DNA of 64,000 nt from Chamaesiphon sp. (lineage in GTDB: Bacteria; Cyanobacteriota; Cyanobacteriia; Cyanobacteriales; Chamaesiphonaceae): the NCBI GenBank assembly GCA_965246715.1, contig CBDFFH010000002.1, positions 128,001 through 192,000 of the forward strand, given 5' to 3'. The position numbers and the translations under genes were made by a program. Shown here one piece after another: positions 20,848 through 31,471 of the stretch. Below the pieces are notes generated by a model. The model had not been told where the DNA came from and ran no database searches. It saw only the letters and a program-made list of their open reading frames with translations. Position 1 is the stretch's first letter, and each line of letters opens with the position of its first letter.

Positions 20848-21297
20848 TTTATTTATAATTATTTGTAGCACGGTCAGTCGTTGACATTTATTTAGTTACG
20901 CTAGTGGCAACTTACAAGGTGACTGACCTGTCTATAGTTTAGCGATACCTACTCTATGCTATTTTCTAAACGTGTCTGTGGCGATCGACTGCAACAAATA
21001 TTTGTTAGCTGATACAAATATTTAACTACAGTAAACCTCCTGCCTAAATTCCTTACAAATTTATTCGCCAGACTACTAAATAAACTACAGAGATTCGATC
21101 GCTGGCGGCAATTATTTAAACCGAGCGAACTCTAGCTAGCACGAGTCGATCCCATTATCTCAGTGCTAATTCCTCCGAACACATCATCAAACCAGGCACA
21201 CACACCGAATCCCCCAATTTCAACCCTTGTGCGGTACCGCAACGGCGCAAATATCCTTAACCTGTTGGCGGAGCCTCGGTGCAAGGGGAAACTCACA

Positions 21298-21984
21298 TTA
21301 TTTAACTACCGACTTAATCTCGATCGATTTACCTCTTTCCCCAATCCCGATCCAGCCACCATCACCACTAGCGATCGCACAGTATCTAGTCGGACAAATC
21401 ACCACGATCGACCCATCTGCTTTAGAAAAAGTATATTCGTTTAAGCTATTACTACTTAATTCTTTGATGATTTTTTTGGTATCTTCTTCAGTCGGCGTAA
21501 AACTTGGTTCGTTTCCAGATTGAGAGAAACTACTTACATTCGTAACGGGAACCTCAGCTCGGGTGATTTGAGAATAGGTTGTTTGACACTGACGACTACT
21601 CAGATCGTCGCGATCGATAACAGGCATCGTATTAATAATCGCTCGCCGATAAGCTCTTCTACGAGGTTGGCAATCGATCGAATTATTTCTTGCATTATAC
21701 CATTCAAGTTGGGCGGCTTCTCTTTTTCTGGATACTTCCTCTTGGTATTTCGCCCGAGTTTGAGCGATTAACTTAGTTTTTTCACTCTCGATATTCGTAA
21801 ATATTTCTTGACAACTAGCTGGGCTTTCTCCACATGCTTTATATCTAATTTCCGTGGTAGGAACGAGCTTGAGTGTAGATGTCGAATTGACTCGAATCAT
21901 CTGGTCTTGGGCGCAGCTATTAGCGCCGATCGAGATTGCCACGATCGAGATCGCGCCATATATATGCTTGCTAGGAAATTCCAC
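21298..21984 (-). CDS. Hypothetical exported protein / possible lipoprotein
   Basis: Hydrophobic N-terminus ending GANSC; 228 aa. Confidence 0.55.
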   Translation of the reverse strand: MEFPSKHIYGAISIVAISIGANSCAQDQMIRVNSTSTLKLVPTTEIRYKACGESPASCQEIFTNIESEKTKLIAQTRAKYQEEVSRKREAAQLEWYNARNNSIDCQPRRRAYRRAIINTMPVIDRDDLSSRQCQTTYSQITRAEVPVTNVSSFSQSGNEPSFTPTEEDTKKIIKELSSNSLNEYTFSKADGSIVVICPTRYCAIASGDGGWIGIGERGKSIEIKSVVK

Positions 21985-22134
21985 AACCTACACCATCATT
22001 GATTGACGATCGTATATCCAGCGATCGTTAGTGCAGATCCGGATGAAAATTAATCTGTAATTATATATCCCGACAGTTTCATTTAATCCGCCGATAATTA
22101 CAACTACCAACGGTTGCTGTCCTGGAGATCGACC

Positions 22135-22323
22135 CTATAACATCGATCCAGCAACACCCGATCGATTAGTTTCGATATTAGCTACTACGGCATCAAAATC
22201 CGAATCATCTTTAAAAATACCTGCAAAATTTAATATCGGATGCTCCTCTTCGATCGATCCCAGCCGCTGTTTTACCTCTTCTGTTGTCAGAGTTGGACTT
22301 TTACTCTGGCGAATCGCTAACAA
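22135..22323 (-). pseudogene. Antitoxin-like remnant
   Basis: HPILNFAGIFKDDSDFDAV resembles WWEKIAGTFAENSAYDEA of 26014-26226; its 3' end runs into repeat sequence. Confidence 0.35.
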
Positions 22324-22629
22324 TTGCTCAATAACTGCTGGATTAACTTCTAGCCCAACATCTGGATCTATGTACCGATAGCACTTTTCGTCGATATATT
22401 CTTCTACTCTACTTTAGTCGCTATGTCTACTATATCTGAGATTCGATCGCACATCACCCCAAACCCGATCGATCCTAGCAACACCCGATCGATTAGGCTT
22501 TGCCTACGCTACGCGAACGCAAGCAAATAAATCGACATTAATATCACCATTGGATTGTGCCAGAGACAATCGGGTAATAGTAGAATAGGATATGCACTCG
22601 ACCGAAAGTGACAAGATTAAATTCATTCC

Positions 22630-22961
22630 ATGAAGTTACCAAACCCAAATTTAGCAGTCATTGACGCTCGCAAATTAGCTGGATATAGTCTAAATTTAGA
22701 CCATGATGAAGGCAAACATAAAGCACGGTGTTTAAGGCGGCTTTAAATATGGATGTATCTCATCTTGAAGAACTCAAGCAAGCTTTGCGATCGGCATTGG
22801 AGAGTCACGATGCGGTTCCTGCTGCGAGAAATGCTTATGGGCAAAAGTATGTTATTGATTTTCCATTAACTCGTGAGGAGAAGACTGCCATAATTCACAG
22901 TGTATGGATAGTTAAAGACAATGAAGATTTTCCTCGTTTAATTACTTGTTATATTCTCTAG
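22630..22961 (+). pseudogene. DUF6883-like protein, frameshifted
   Basis: ATG 22630 MKLPNPNLAVIDARKLAGYSLNLDHDEGKHKAR; one G missing at ~22727 before VFKAAL...SVWIVKDNEDFPRLITCY. Confidence 0.7.
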
Positions 22962-22976
22962 GATGAGGTGGTTTTT

Positions 22977-23192
22977 ATGAAGTTATTAGATGTTGTGGCA
23001 CTATTGGAAGATTTACCAGAATTAAGTTTAGTTCGCGGTCAAGTTGGTACGATCGTGGAAGAATACGAACCGGATGTATTTGAAGTTGAGTTTAGCGACA
23101 CTAATGGTCGTGCTTATGCGATCGAGACATTAAATTCTGCTCAATTATTAGTTCTTCATCACCAAGGAAAAGAATTAATAATGGCTGGATAA
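22977..23192 (+). CDS. DUF4926-like protein
   Basis: MKLLDVVALLEDLP..LVRGQVGTIVE..FEVEFSD; usual partner of DUF6883-like genes. Confidence 0.8.
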   Translation: MKLLDVVALLEDLPELSLVRGQVGTIVEEYEPDVFEVEFSDTNGRAYAIETLNSAQLLVLHHQGKELIMAG

Positions 23193-23471
23193 CGATCGAA
23201 TCTAAACAACGATCGAATCCTACCACCACCCGATCGAATCCAAACAACGATCGATCGCAACAACACCAGATCGATTAAGTTTTACCTACGCTACGATATC
23301 GAACCCAAAGAAATTAACATTAATATCACCCTTATATCAAACATCTGAACTATGATTAGAATGATTTCAGGATGGACTACGATCGTTTCTAGGGCTAAAT
23401 TATAGTCGATCGTTCATCACCTCAAACCTGCTAAATTAACAGATGAGACATACCTATCATCAAATCCAGCA

Positions 23472-23810
23472 GTGGCTAAACTACCAGACTCCATAATCAC
23501 CGATATTTTTACTCTACAACGCAGACTAATTGAGTGCATCGATGCTACCACGGCAATGGAGTTCCGATTATTCCAAGAAATCGGCGAAACGCCAGAAACA
23601 ATACCAGAACTAGATGAACTCCAGAAGATCGAAGAGCGGTTACTATCTTCACACTCCCGCTTGTATAACCTGCTGTTGAGAGTTGCCCAATCTCAGCCAA
23701 TCGCCTCCAAGGGTGTGCTAGATTTATTGTATGAGTCAATCGAGCTAGCTCAAGCCTGCTTAGATACCAGTATTGCTAGCCTACAAGACATTCAACGTAA
23801 TTGGAATTAG
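23472..23810 (+). CDS. Hypothetical helical protein (module gene A, copy 1)
   Basis: 112 aa, close paralogue of 32693-33031. Confidence 0.75.
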   Translation: MAKLPDSIITDIFTLQRRLIECIDATTAMEFRLFQEIGETPETIPELDELQKIEERLLSSHSRLYNLLLRVAQSQPIASKGVLDLLYESIELAQACLDTSIASLQDIQRNWN

Positions 23811-23812
23811 TC

Positions 23813-24016
23813 ATGAACACCCAATGTAGAATTCCCGACCCAGAAACTAGAGCCAAATCTGTTGCTAATTTGAGAGAGGCTTGTCGTCAGTTAGACTTGT
23901 TAAATCTGAAGCTTGATGAAGCGATCGCACTAGCAGACGCAGATTTACTCAAACAACGTCAGGCAAGATTATTATATAAATCTAATTATCTACCAACAGA
24001 ACAGATCGAAAGCTAA
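23813..24016 (+). CDS. Hypothetical small protein (module gene B, copy 1)
   Basis: MNTQCRIPDPETRAKSVANLREAC; paralogue of 33034-33237. Confidence 0.7.
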   Translation: MNTQCRIPDPETRAKSVANLREACRQLDLLNLKLDEAIALADADLLKQRQARLLYKSNYLPTEQIES

Positions 24017-25010
24017 GGGACTAGCTTAAAAATAGAGTACCAGCTATTCTGAGAGAGTCAGAAATAGAAGCAGCAGCAAAATGAGATTGAGTGAAGAAAT
24101 CAAATCGACATTTAAAGATGCAGCCAAAAAGCTAACTGGGAGCAAAAAAAGAGAATTCACAGCCAAAGTAACAGAAGACTATCTGGGTAGTTCAGCACGT
24201 CGAGCAGAAAGCGTGTTTGGGTGGAAACGTCAGAGTGTGGAACTAGGATTGCAAGAACGGCGAACAGGAATTGTCTGTGTCGAGAACTATCAAGCCAGAG
24301 GAAGACAAAAAAGTGAAGAGTTGAAACCGAAGCTAGCGATAGATATACTGTCACTGATAGAAGGGAAATCCCAAGCAGACCCAAAACTTCAATCAACCTT
24401 CGCCTATACCAGGATTAGTGCTAGAGCGGTGCGAGAGGCGTTGCTTTGTGAAAAAGGATACGAAGAAGAAGTAGAACTACCAAATCGACAGACGATTGGT
24501 GAGATTCTAAATCGGCTGGGATATCGCCTAAAAAAACCCAAAAAACTAAGCCATTGAAGAAGATTGCCGAAACAGACGCAATTTTTGAGAATGTGTGGGC
24601 GGAAAATCGAGCAGCAGACGAAAATATCCAATCATTGTAATCGGACTCAATTTATCAAACGAATGGTGGAATTCTCTCAAGTCAATAACTTACAAATTCG
24701 ACTGATTTACTATCCTCCTGATCACAGCAAATACAATCCAATTGAGCGATGTTGGGCTGTACTGGAACACTATTGGAATGGCACTGTCTTGGACTCGGTA
24801 TCCACTGCTCTCAAGTGGGCGGCAAATATGACTTGGAAAGGTATTTCACCCATTGTCCATTTAGTCACAACCACTTATCCCAAGGGGGTTAAGGTTCTAC
24901 CCTTCGAGCTACAAAAATACCTGGACTTCTGGCATCGCTCAGAAACTCTACCTCAATGGGATATCACTATTACTTCTGGCTGATTGGTACTTTATTTTTA
25001 AGCTTGTCCC
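24017..25010 (+). mobile_element. ISAzo13-family insertion sequence, internally deleted
   Basis: 26-bp terminal IRs with 2 mismatches (GGGACTAGCTTAAAAATAGAGTACCA / TGGTACTTTATTTTTAAGCTTGTCCC), TAA duplication at 24014-16 and 25011-13, transposase fragments 24081-24557 and ~24630-24983 (YYPPDHSKYNPIERCW). Confidence 0.85.
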
Positions 25011-25120
25011 TAATTGTAGAATACTCATCAGAGTCGATCGAACCCAAACATCGATCGAATCCCACCACCCCCAAATCGATATTAATAGATCGATCGCGTA
25101 TCATATCAGATGATTGGCTC

Positions 25121-25258
25121 CGCACCAACACCGCCCTGAACTGTAAGTTCGGGCTAATAGCAAAAGTCCTCTGAAGAGGACTGCATAGAATTCAATTAGT
25201 TCGTTTCAACGAACTTTTGTTATTAGCCCCAAATTCATTTGAGGGCGGTGTTAGTGCG
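25121..25258. repeat. Branched palindromic dispersed repeat (copy 2)
   Basis: CGCACCAACACCGCCCT...AGGGCGGTGTTAGTGCG outer stem with inner AGTCCTC/GAGGACT and AGTTCGTT/AACGAACT hairpins. Confidence 0.75.
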
Positions 25259-25299
25259 AAGCTAAGAATCTTTAACTGGAGATCGATCCCACCAACACC

Positions 25300-25593
25300 C
25301 GATCGAATCCATAAAGAGATCGAATCAAAACAGATCGATTCCGCAAAGCAGAGGCTACGCCAACGCACCAACACCCATCGCCTAACATACTCAAAGCCTA
25401 ATCACCCTTATCTAGATCGATCTGTCCCGAACTATGATGAGAATGATTTCTGGATAGACTATGATTATTTCTAGGGATAAATCATAGTCCATCTCTTAAT
25501 CAGATAAATCAAAGTTCCAGACATTAATATCACCCTTGCATCATACCAAAATCGATTAGGCTTCGCCTACTCTATGCGATCGAGTGTCAATAT
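25300..25593 (+). repeat. ~295-bp direct repeat, left flank of the PIN TA cassette
   Basis: Aligns with 26272-26567; near-identical core with hairpin at 25453-25493. Confidence 0.85.
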
Positions 25594-26013
25594 TAATTTG
25601 CCAGAGGGATCGTCCAATCTTCAATTGACAAACCTGATATTTGACCAAAATCAGATGAATTTCTTGTCAATAGTATTGACCGATTGACAATGGTTATTGC
25701 TGCAATCTTTAAATCCATCGTGCCTAACCTTGGATAAGCTTTTCTCAGGCGATTAAACTGTCTCACTGCACCTAAGTCAAATTCAATCACTGGGCATCAG
25801 TTGATTTTTAAGCTGTTTATAAGCTTCAACCTGCTTATCCTCGTTTTGCGCTTTGGCGATGTAACTCAACCATCCACGCATTTGTTCTTCATAGCTAATA
25901 ATGGTTGTTGAAATCTGAGCTGGATCGATCGCCATCATTCGCTGTAACAGCGGTTGGGCACTAGCTCCTTTACGCTCTAAAACGCTGAGATGATCTGTAT
26001 CTAGTATATACAT
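25593..26013 (-). pseudogene. VapC/PIN-domain toxin, frameshifted
   Basis: MYILDTDHLS..ISTTIISYEEQMRGW, then a frame change near 25790 to PVIEFD..GTMDLKIAAI..LLTRNSSDF. Confidence 0.8.
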
Positions 26014-26226
26014 CTATTCCGCTACTGTATCGACAGCAGTTGTTCGATCGGATTCTCGATACTCACGCCCCAATTTCATTGCTTCATCATAAGCAGAATT
26101 TTCAGCAAAGGTGCCAGCTATTTTTTCCCACCAAGGTAAATCGGCTGGATTTGAATCGATTTTACGTTTTAGTCGATCGACTTCAGCTTCTAATAATGTC
26201 AGCCGTTCTTCTAGTTGCTCTGGCAT
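26014..26226 (-). CDS. Putative antitoxin partner of the PIN toxin
   Basis: 70 aa LEERLTLLEAEV..PWWEKIAGTF..YDEAMKLGREYR; stop codon abuts the toxin start. Confidence 0.7.
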   Translation of the reverse strand: MPEQLEERLTLLEAEVDRLKRKIDSNPADLPWWEKIAGTFAENSAYDEAMKLGREYRESDRTTAVDTVAE

Positions 26227-26271
26227 GATTTATTAATCCTTTCTAGCTCTAGTACTATTATATCCAATATT

Positions 26272-26567
26272 CGATCGAATCCACATATAAAACGATCGAA
26301 TCAAAACCGATCGACTGGAGCAAAGCTGAGGCTACGCTAACGAAGCAACACCCATCGATCGACAGATCCAAAGCCTAATCACCCTTATCTAAATCAATCC
26401 GTCCCGAACTATAATGAGAATGATTTCTGGATAGACTATGATTATTTCTAGGGATAAATCATAGTCCATCTCTTAATCCGGTAAATCAAAGTTCCAGACA
26501 TTAATATCATCGCGCATCATACCAAAATTGATCGCGTAGCGTGCCATCGGCAATCGAGTGTCAATAT
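26272..26567 (+). repeat. ~295-bp direct repeat, right flank of the PIN TA cassette
   Basis: Aligns with 25300-25593; hairpin core at 26430-26470. Confidence 0.85.
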
Positions 26568-26661
26568 CGATCGAACAATTGGGCATAATAGATCGAACCG
26601 CAACCATCCCTATAAATATCCAATTTTACAGTTAAAATATGTTTATAGGAGGAAAAAATCA

Positions 26662-27546
26662 ATGTCTACATACGATGATTTGAAAGCTATTGCTTATATC
26701 GAACAAGCAATTCGGGAAGGTCGCGATCCCGCAGGTGGCCCATTTGTTTTTCCTGGCACACCCACGAGCGATATTCGTAAATTTATCGACCGAAATGGAC
26801 ACGAAAGTTACCGAGATGAGATTGCCAAGGCTAAAATCCGTATCAATCCCAGCAATGATCGCGATCTTGATGTTCGTAACTATCAAGATCGTCTCCGCAG
26901 ACGTGAGAGAGAATATGAAGATGAGCAGGAAAAAATTAAAAGAAATCAATATCAAAGTTCCCAATCTTTCCCAGCAACTTATAATTCAATCTCCAACCCC
27001 GCTCACACTGATGAACTTTGTAAGCAAATTATTCGAGATTTAGAAAAATCCCTGTCTAGTTATGATTCAAGTCATGGCTTTGAATTTATAGCTTCATCCT
27101 TAGAAGCTATAAATTCTGCCTTGAAAATCAGCAAGACTCCTACTTGGTTTGAAAGTGAGTTATTACTCTTAAAAACAAAATTTAATGATATAGCCAAAGA
27201 TGCAGCAAAAATCGATGAAGTTTGCAAGCAAGTTATTCAAGAACTAGAAAAAACCTTGTCTGGTAATTATTCAAGTGCTGACTGGGAAAAATTGAATACA
27301 GGTCTAAAAACTATAAGTGAGGCTTTGCAAATCAGTGGCAATCCTACTTGGTTTAGAAATAAGTTGCAGGAATTAGAAAGTAAGTTTCATCATAGAAAAT
27401 TTGCAAAGATTAGCATCGATATAAAGCACAAAAGTTCTGAGCCTCTCTCTGATAATGAAATCAAGCTTTTGACAAATGCGCCCGATGAATCCAAAAACCG
27501 CTGTACGATGAATCCCAATTATTTTAAGAAAAAGTTTTGGATGTAG
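26662..27546 (+). CDS. Hypothetical protein with an internal ~68-aa tandem repeat
   Basis: AGGAGG RBS; DELCKQIIRDLEK..ALKISKTPTWF and DEVCKQVIQELEK..ALQISGNPTWF. Confidence 0.75.
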   Translation: MSTYDDLKAIAYIEQAIREGRDPAGGPFVFPGTPTSDIRKFIDRNGHESYRDEIAKAKIRINPSNDRDLDVRNYQDRLRRREREYEDEQEKIKRNQYQSSQSFPATYNSISNPAHTDELCKQIIRDLEKSLSSYDSSHGFEFIASSLEAINSALKISKTPTWFESELLLLKTKFNDIAKDAAKIDEVCKQVIQELEKTLSGNYSSADWEKLNTGLKTISEALQISGNPTWFRNKLQELESKFHHRKFAKISIDIKHKSSEPLSDNEIKLLTNAPDESKNRCTMNPNYFKKKFWM

Positions 27547-27584
27547 CAACCTATGTAGTGAGCACTGTTCACTACATAGGTTGC
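27546..27584. terminator. 16-bp perfect hairpin between convergent genes
   Basis: GCAACCTATGTAGTGA-7nt-TCACTACATAGGTTGC. Confidence 0.7.
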
Positions 27585-27625
27585 AGTCGATTATTAAACT
27601 TGTTCCTGTCTCACTTCAACCAACA

Positions 27626-28996
27626 CTAAGCACTAAAATACTTAGCCGTTGGATGATAGACAATCAACGCAGTAGTAGACTGCTCAGGATATAGCTGCTC
27701 GCTCTCATCCATCGTCATCCCCATCCGCTCGGTACCCATGATTTTCAACTGCTGCAACTGATCCGCCACATTCGGACAAGCTGGATAGCCGAAACTATAC
27801 CGCGAACCCTGATAGCGTTGCGCTAACATATCCCGAATATTATCAGGCTCTAAATCGCCATAACCCAACTCCTTGCGGATGCGGGCATGTCCCCATTCGG
27901 CTAATCCTTCGGCCATTTGGACAGCCATCCCGTGGAAGTAGAGATAGTTCGCATAGTTATCGGCTTTGAATAACACTTGGGCTTGCTTGCTGGCGACTTC
28001 GCCCATCGTCACGGCTTGCATCGGGAATACGTCGAACTTATTCTCTGAGAGGGGGCGGAAGAAATCAGCCAGACAGAGGCGACGCAGGGATTTTTGGCGG
28101 GGGAATGTCCAGGTGACGACAGGGGTGGCGGTTTGGGGGGTTAAGCCTTGCTCGATGACGCTGGGATCGTAGACGTGGACGGAGTTACCTTCGGCGGTAC
28201 AGGGGAAGTAGCCATAGATGAGTTGGGGTTCTAGCCATTCTCCGGTGAGGATTTTGGCTTTCCATTCTTCGAGGATGGGGTGGACTTTATCGGCGAGGAA
28301 TGCGTCGTATTCTTCTCGGGATTGCTCTTTGGGTTTGCGGAATTGCCATTGTCCGGCGATGAGGGCTTGGAGATCCATGTGCCAGAATAGATCTTCGAGG
28401 GCGATCTCATCTTTGAGGATTTTGGTGCCCCAGAATGGTGGTGTAGGCCTGTCGATATCTAATGATACATCTGCCGATCGCACGGTATCAATTACCGCTG
28501 GTTCTTTGCTCTCTTCAGTCTGCTCTTTTGGCTCTTCAATTTCGACGGCGGCTTTAATCGGGTTGCCATCATCATCGAGGAAACCGTGGGTGTCGTCCCA
28601 CTTGTTGCTCTGTTTAGCAGGCATCAGGGCATCCATAAAGTTCAAATCGGCAAAAGCATCTTTACCGTAGATTACCTGTCCGTTATAAGCCTGCTGACAG
28701 TCTTTGTAGACAAATTTGGGGGTGAGCGCAGCACCGCCGAGGATGATTGGGATCGTGATGCCTTTTTCGTTGAAAACTTCGAGGTTTTCTTTCATGAAAG
28801 CGGTGGATTTGACCAGCAGTCCGCTCATGGCGATACAGTCGGGTTTGTGGGTTTCGTAAGCTTGAACGATCGCTTCTACGGATTGTTTAATCCCCATATT
28901 GACGACTTCATAACCATTGTTGGTGAGGATGATATCGACGAGGTTTTTACCAATATCATGCACGTCCCCTTTGACGGTAGCAATTACAAATTTACC
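27626..28996 (-). pseudogene. metH: Duplicated 3' part of metH (B12-binding and reactivation domains)
   Basis: Direct repeat of 33436-34806 (offset 5810), from [16 protein letters not shown] to the stop codon; open frame. Confidence 0.9.
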
Positions 28997-29009
28997 CTAT
29001 TATTTAATT

Positions 29010-30392
29010 CTAGCAGTCCATGAACTTATTCAGTATTATTTGAATACTAAAAAGTGTTCCTGTTGCTGATTCTTGTTTTTCGACAAAACCACGTCTACCT
29101 AAAGATTGCAAGGCATTAAATAAGTCTGGTGGAGATATTTGGGTGAACTCTATCAATTGAGAAATAGAAACTGTATGAGGTTGATTTGCGATCGATAGCA
29201 TGACTTGTTTCTCTAATGCTGAAAGTCGATCGAACTGAGAATTCAAGATCGATCGTAGATCGTCTGGTAGAAGCAACGTTTCATATTTAGCTAATTCACC
29301 AACTCTACCACCAAATAAATCTTTAACCATTGTGGCAACTATTTTTAGCCATAATGGATTCCCTTGATATTGGTTAATCAAATCCGTCCACTTTGATTCT
29401 TCGGTTAAACCTTTATCCTTGAGTATTTCTCTGGCGGATTCACCCAAGCTATTCAGTTGTAATGTCTGAACTAATTTACTTTTCCCTTCTAATAGATCGA
29501 TCTCTCTCGGCTTGTCCCAGCTTAAAAGTAAAACACAGCTTTGATGATTTGATTCTTTGATTCGTTTGAGTAACAAGCCATAATCTTCACAGCCTTCTGC
29601 ATAAGTACTTGCTAATTGTCCATTGCTGAAGACTCTATGAAAATCATCTAGGATAATTAGATAACGTTGCTTTTGTAAATGCTCGATCGAGCGTGATATT
29701 CTAGCGGCTACATCTAAATTTGGATCGATCTTTAGATCGGGAGAAAGAGACGGTAGCAGATCTTTATCCATGAATTCAACTATCGATCGCTGACAACCGA
29801 GGTTTAGCCAGACAACTCGATCGAACTCATCCCCAATCTCTTCTAATAATTGTCTAACTAGAGCAGTTTTACCAATCCCACTCATGCCGAAGATAGTGAC
29901 AATCCGACAATGTTCTGTTACTACCCATTGTTTTAGTTGGTTTAGTTCGCTATTACGTCCATAGAATGGAAAAAGATCGGGAATATTACCCACATCTTTT
30001 TTCACTTTGACTAAACCATTGTTTGATTTTATGTTGGTTGGATCTTCTGGTCGATTACCATTTTTGGACTCTGAACAGAAGTTGATATTACCAATCCGTA
30101 CAACATCTTTCACATGATGTGAAGAAACAATAGAAAATTGATACCGCTCGATCGCAGACTTGAGATTAGATTTACTTACCTTTTCACCGATCGTATCTGA
30201 AAGTGTCTTCCACAGGTTTGATGCCATATCTGTGACATGACCTTCACTACAATTAGACTCCTCGGCTATTTTTGAGTACTTCTTACCTTCATACACTCCT
30301 TGGACGATCGATTTCTGCAAGTCATCTAGATATTTGCTAGTCGATTCAAACACCAGATCGTCGGCAATTTTCAGGACTTCGGCAATATCCAT
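29010..30392 (-). CDS. NB-ARC/STAND-type ATPase with N-terminal HTH (vWA-MoxR-associated-like), no C-terminal repeat domain
   Basis: FYGRNSEL, GMSGIGKT Walker A, LIILDD Walker B, YQGNPLWLK. Confidence 0.8.
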   Translation of the reverse strand: MDIAEVLKIADDLVFESTSKYLDDLQKSIVQGVYEGKKYSKIAEESNCSEGHVTDMASNLWKTLSDTIGEKVSKSNLKSAIERYQFSIVSSHHVKDVVRIGNINFCSESKNGNRPEDPTNIKSNNGLVKVKKDVGNIPDLFPFYGRNSELNQLKQWVVTEHCRIVTIFGMSGIGKTALVRQLLEEIGDEFDRVVWLNLGCQRSIVEFMDKDLLPSLSPDLKIDPNLDVAARISRSIEHLQKQRYLIILDDFHRVFSNGQLASTYAEGCEDYGLLLKRIKESNHQSCVLLLSWDKPREIDLLEGKSKLVQTLQLNSLGESAREILKDKGLTEESKWTDLINQYQGNPLWLKIVATMVKDLFGGRVGELAKYETLLLPDDLRSILNSQFDRLSALEKQVMLSIANQPHTVSISQLIEFTQISPPDLFNALQSLGRRGFVEKQESATGTLFSIQIILNKFMDC

Positions 30393-30602
30393 AGTGGAGC
30401 GTGTGGTAGGTTTTCTCTATTGTAGTCCTATTTTTTCCAGTTTTTTCTGGTCTGAGAATATTTTTTCCGAGGTTGGCAGATGATTTTAGTTGAAATTTAG
30501 ATTGTTTTTGTTTGTAACTACCTATTTTTTCCTAGTGAGAGTTAAGACAGGAATGGGAAATATAACAATAGCCGAGGAAAATATATTTCCAAAGCCATTT
30601 TA

Positions 30603-30851
30603 ATGAATCTACTTACAGTGATTATTGTTATGTCTCATCCAGTCAAATTATCAGATATTGAAGATGTAAGCCTCCAACATCTCAGTTCTAACAAATTAGA
30701 AGCTTTAAATAGTGGGAAGAGTCCTGATGGGCCTATTAAATTAAGACGCTCGACAGGAAAACCTTACTATATTCTCGACGGAAGACACAGAATTTATCTG
30801 GCTCGTCAGGCAGGAAAATCACTAATCGAGGCAAATTTTGATGATGATTAG
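30603..30851 (+). CDS. Small ParB/sulfiredoxin-like domain protein
   Basis: PIKL..YYILDGRHRIYLA motif; start may be ATG 30630. Confidence 0.55.
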   Translation: MNLLTVIIVMSHPVKLSDIEDVSLQHLSSNKLEALNSGKSPDGPIKLRRSTGKPYYILDGRHRIYLARQAGKSLIEANFDDD

Positions 30852-30963
30852 ATGAGTGAGAAATTGACACCATCTAGATTCGATCTTGTCTCAGTCTAAC
30901 AAATACTTACGATGACCTACTTATCATTTATTTGTCAGATTTTGTAAATTAATTGAGGGAAAT

Positions 30964-31152
30964 ATGTCAACGGCAAAATACCAAGCAGATCCAAATGCAG
31001 ACAGTTATGTTTGTGGCTCTTGTAAAAGAGAGCAAGATCCCAGAGAAGGCGAGAAGTGCATTAAGTATGGCAAGCCTACTGTAACTTGGCTCAAGTCTCA
31101 AAACCAGAGTTGGGATAGGTGCTTAGAAAATTGGAGACACTGGTTTAGCTAA
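30964..31152 (+). CDS. Small putative zinc-ribbon protein
   Basis: GAGG RBS; YVCGSC...KCIKYG (second CxxC degenerate). Confidence 0.5.
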   Translation: MSTAKYQADPNADSYVCGSCKREQDPREGEKCIKYGKPTVTWLKSQNQSWDRCLENWRHWFS

Positions 31153-31471
31153 AAGCAAGAACATTTAATTGGTAGTTCACAGCATATATAGTTAGGAGAA
31201 AATTGTGAATAAAATAGGTCAAGTAAAATCAACATACGGCACGGCTTATGATGTTTTTTGGAATTCATCAAGTGGTGAAATTCGAGTTGCCAGCGAACTA
31301 GCTGGATATGCCAATACACAGCGCGAAGCAATGACTAAGGCTGATTTTTACGCCACTACAGGACAAATAATGAAAGATTAGTCATCTCTAAAGACAATAT
31401 TTGTAGTTGCCTTGATAAATGATAGCTACAATTATTCCTTTAACTACTCATTGTAAAAATAAATATAGGAG

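Noticed and set aside
21001..21020. NtcA site upstream of gltD (TGTTAGCTGATACA)
   Set aside because: Spacing is 2 nt short of GTA-N8-TAC.
22080..26570. CRISPR array or classical integron
   Set aside because: Repeats are long, degenerate and separated by whole genes. There is no regular 25-45-bp repeat/spacer period, no cas or intI gene, and I saw no RYYYAAC/GTTRRRY boxes on the hairpin.
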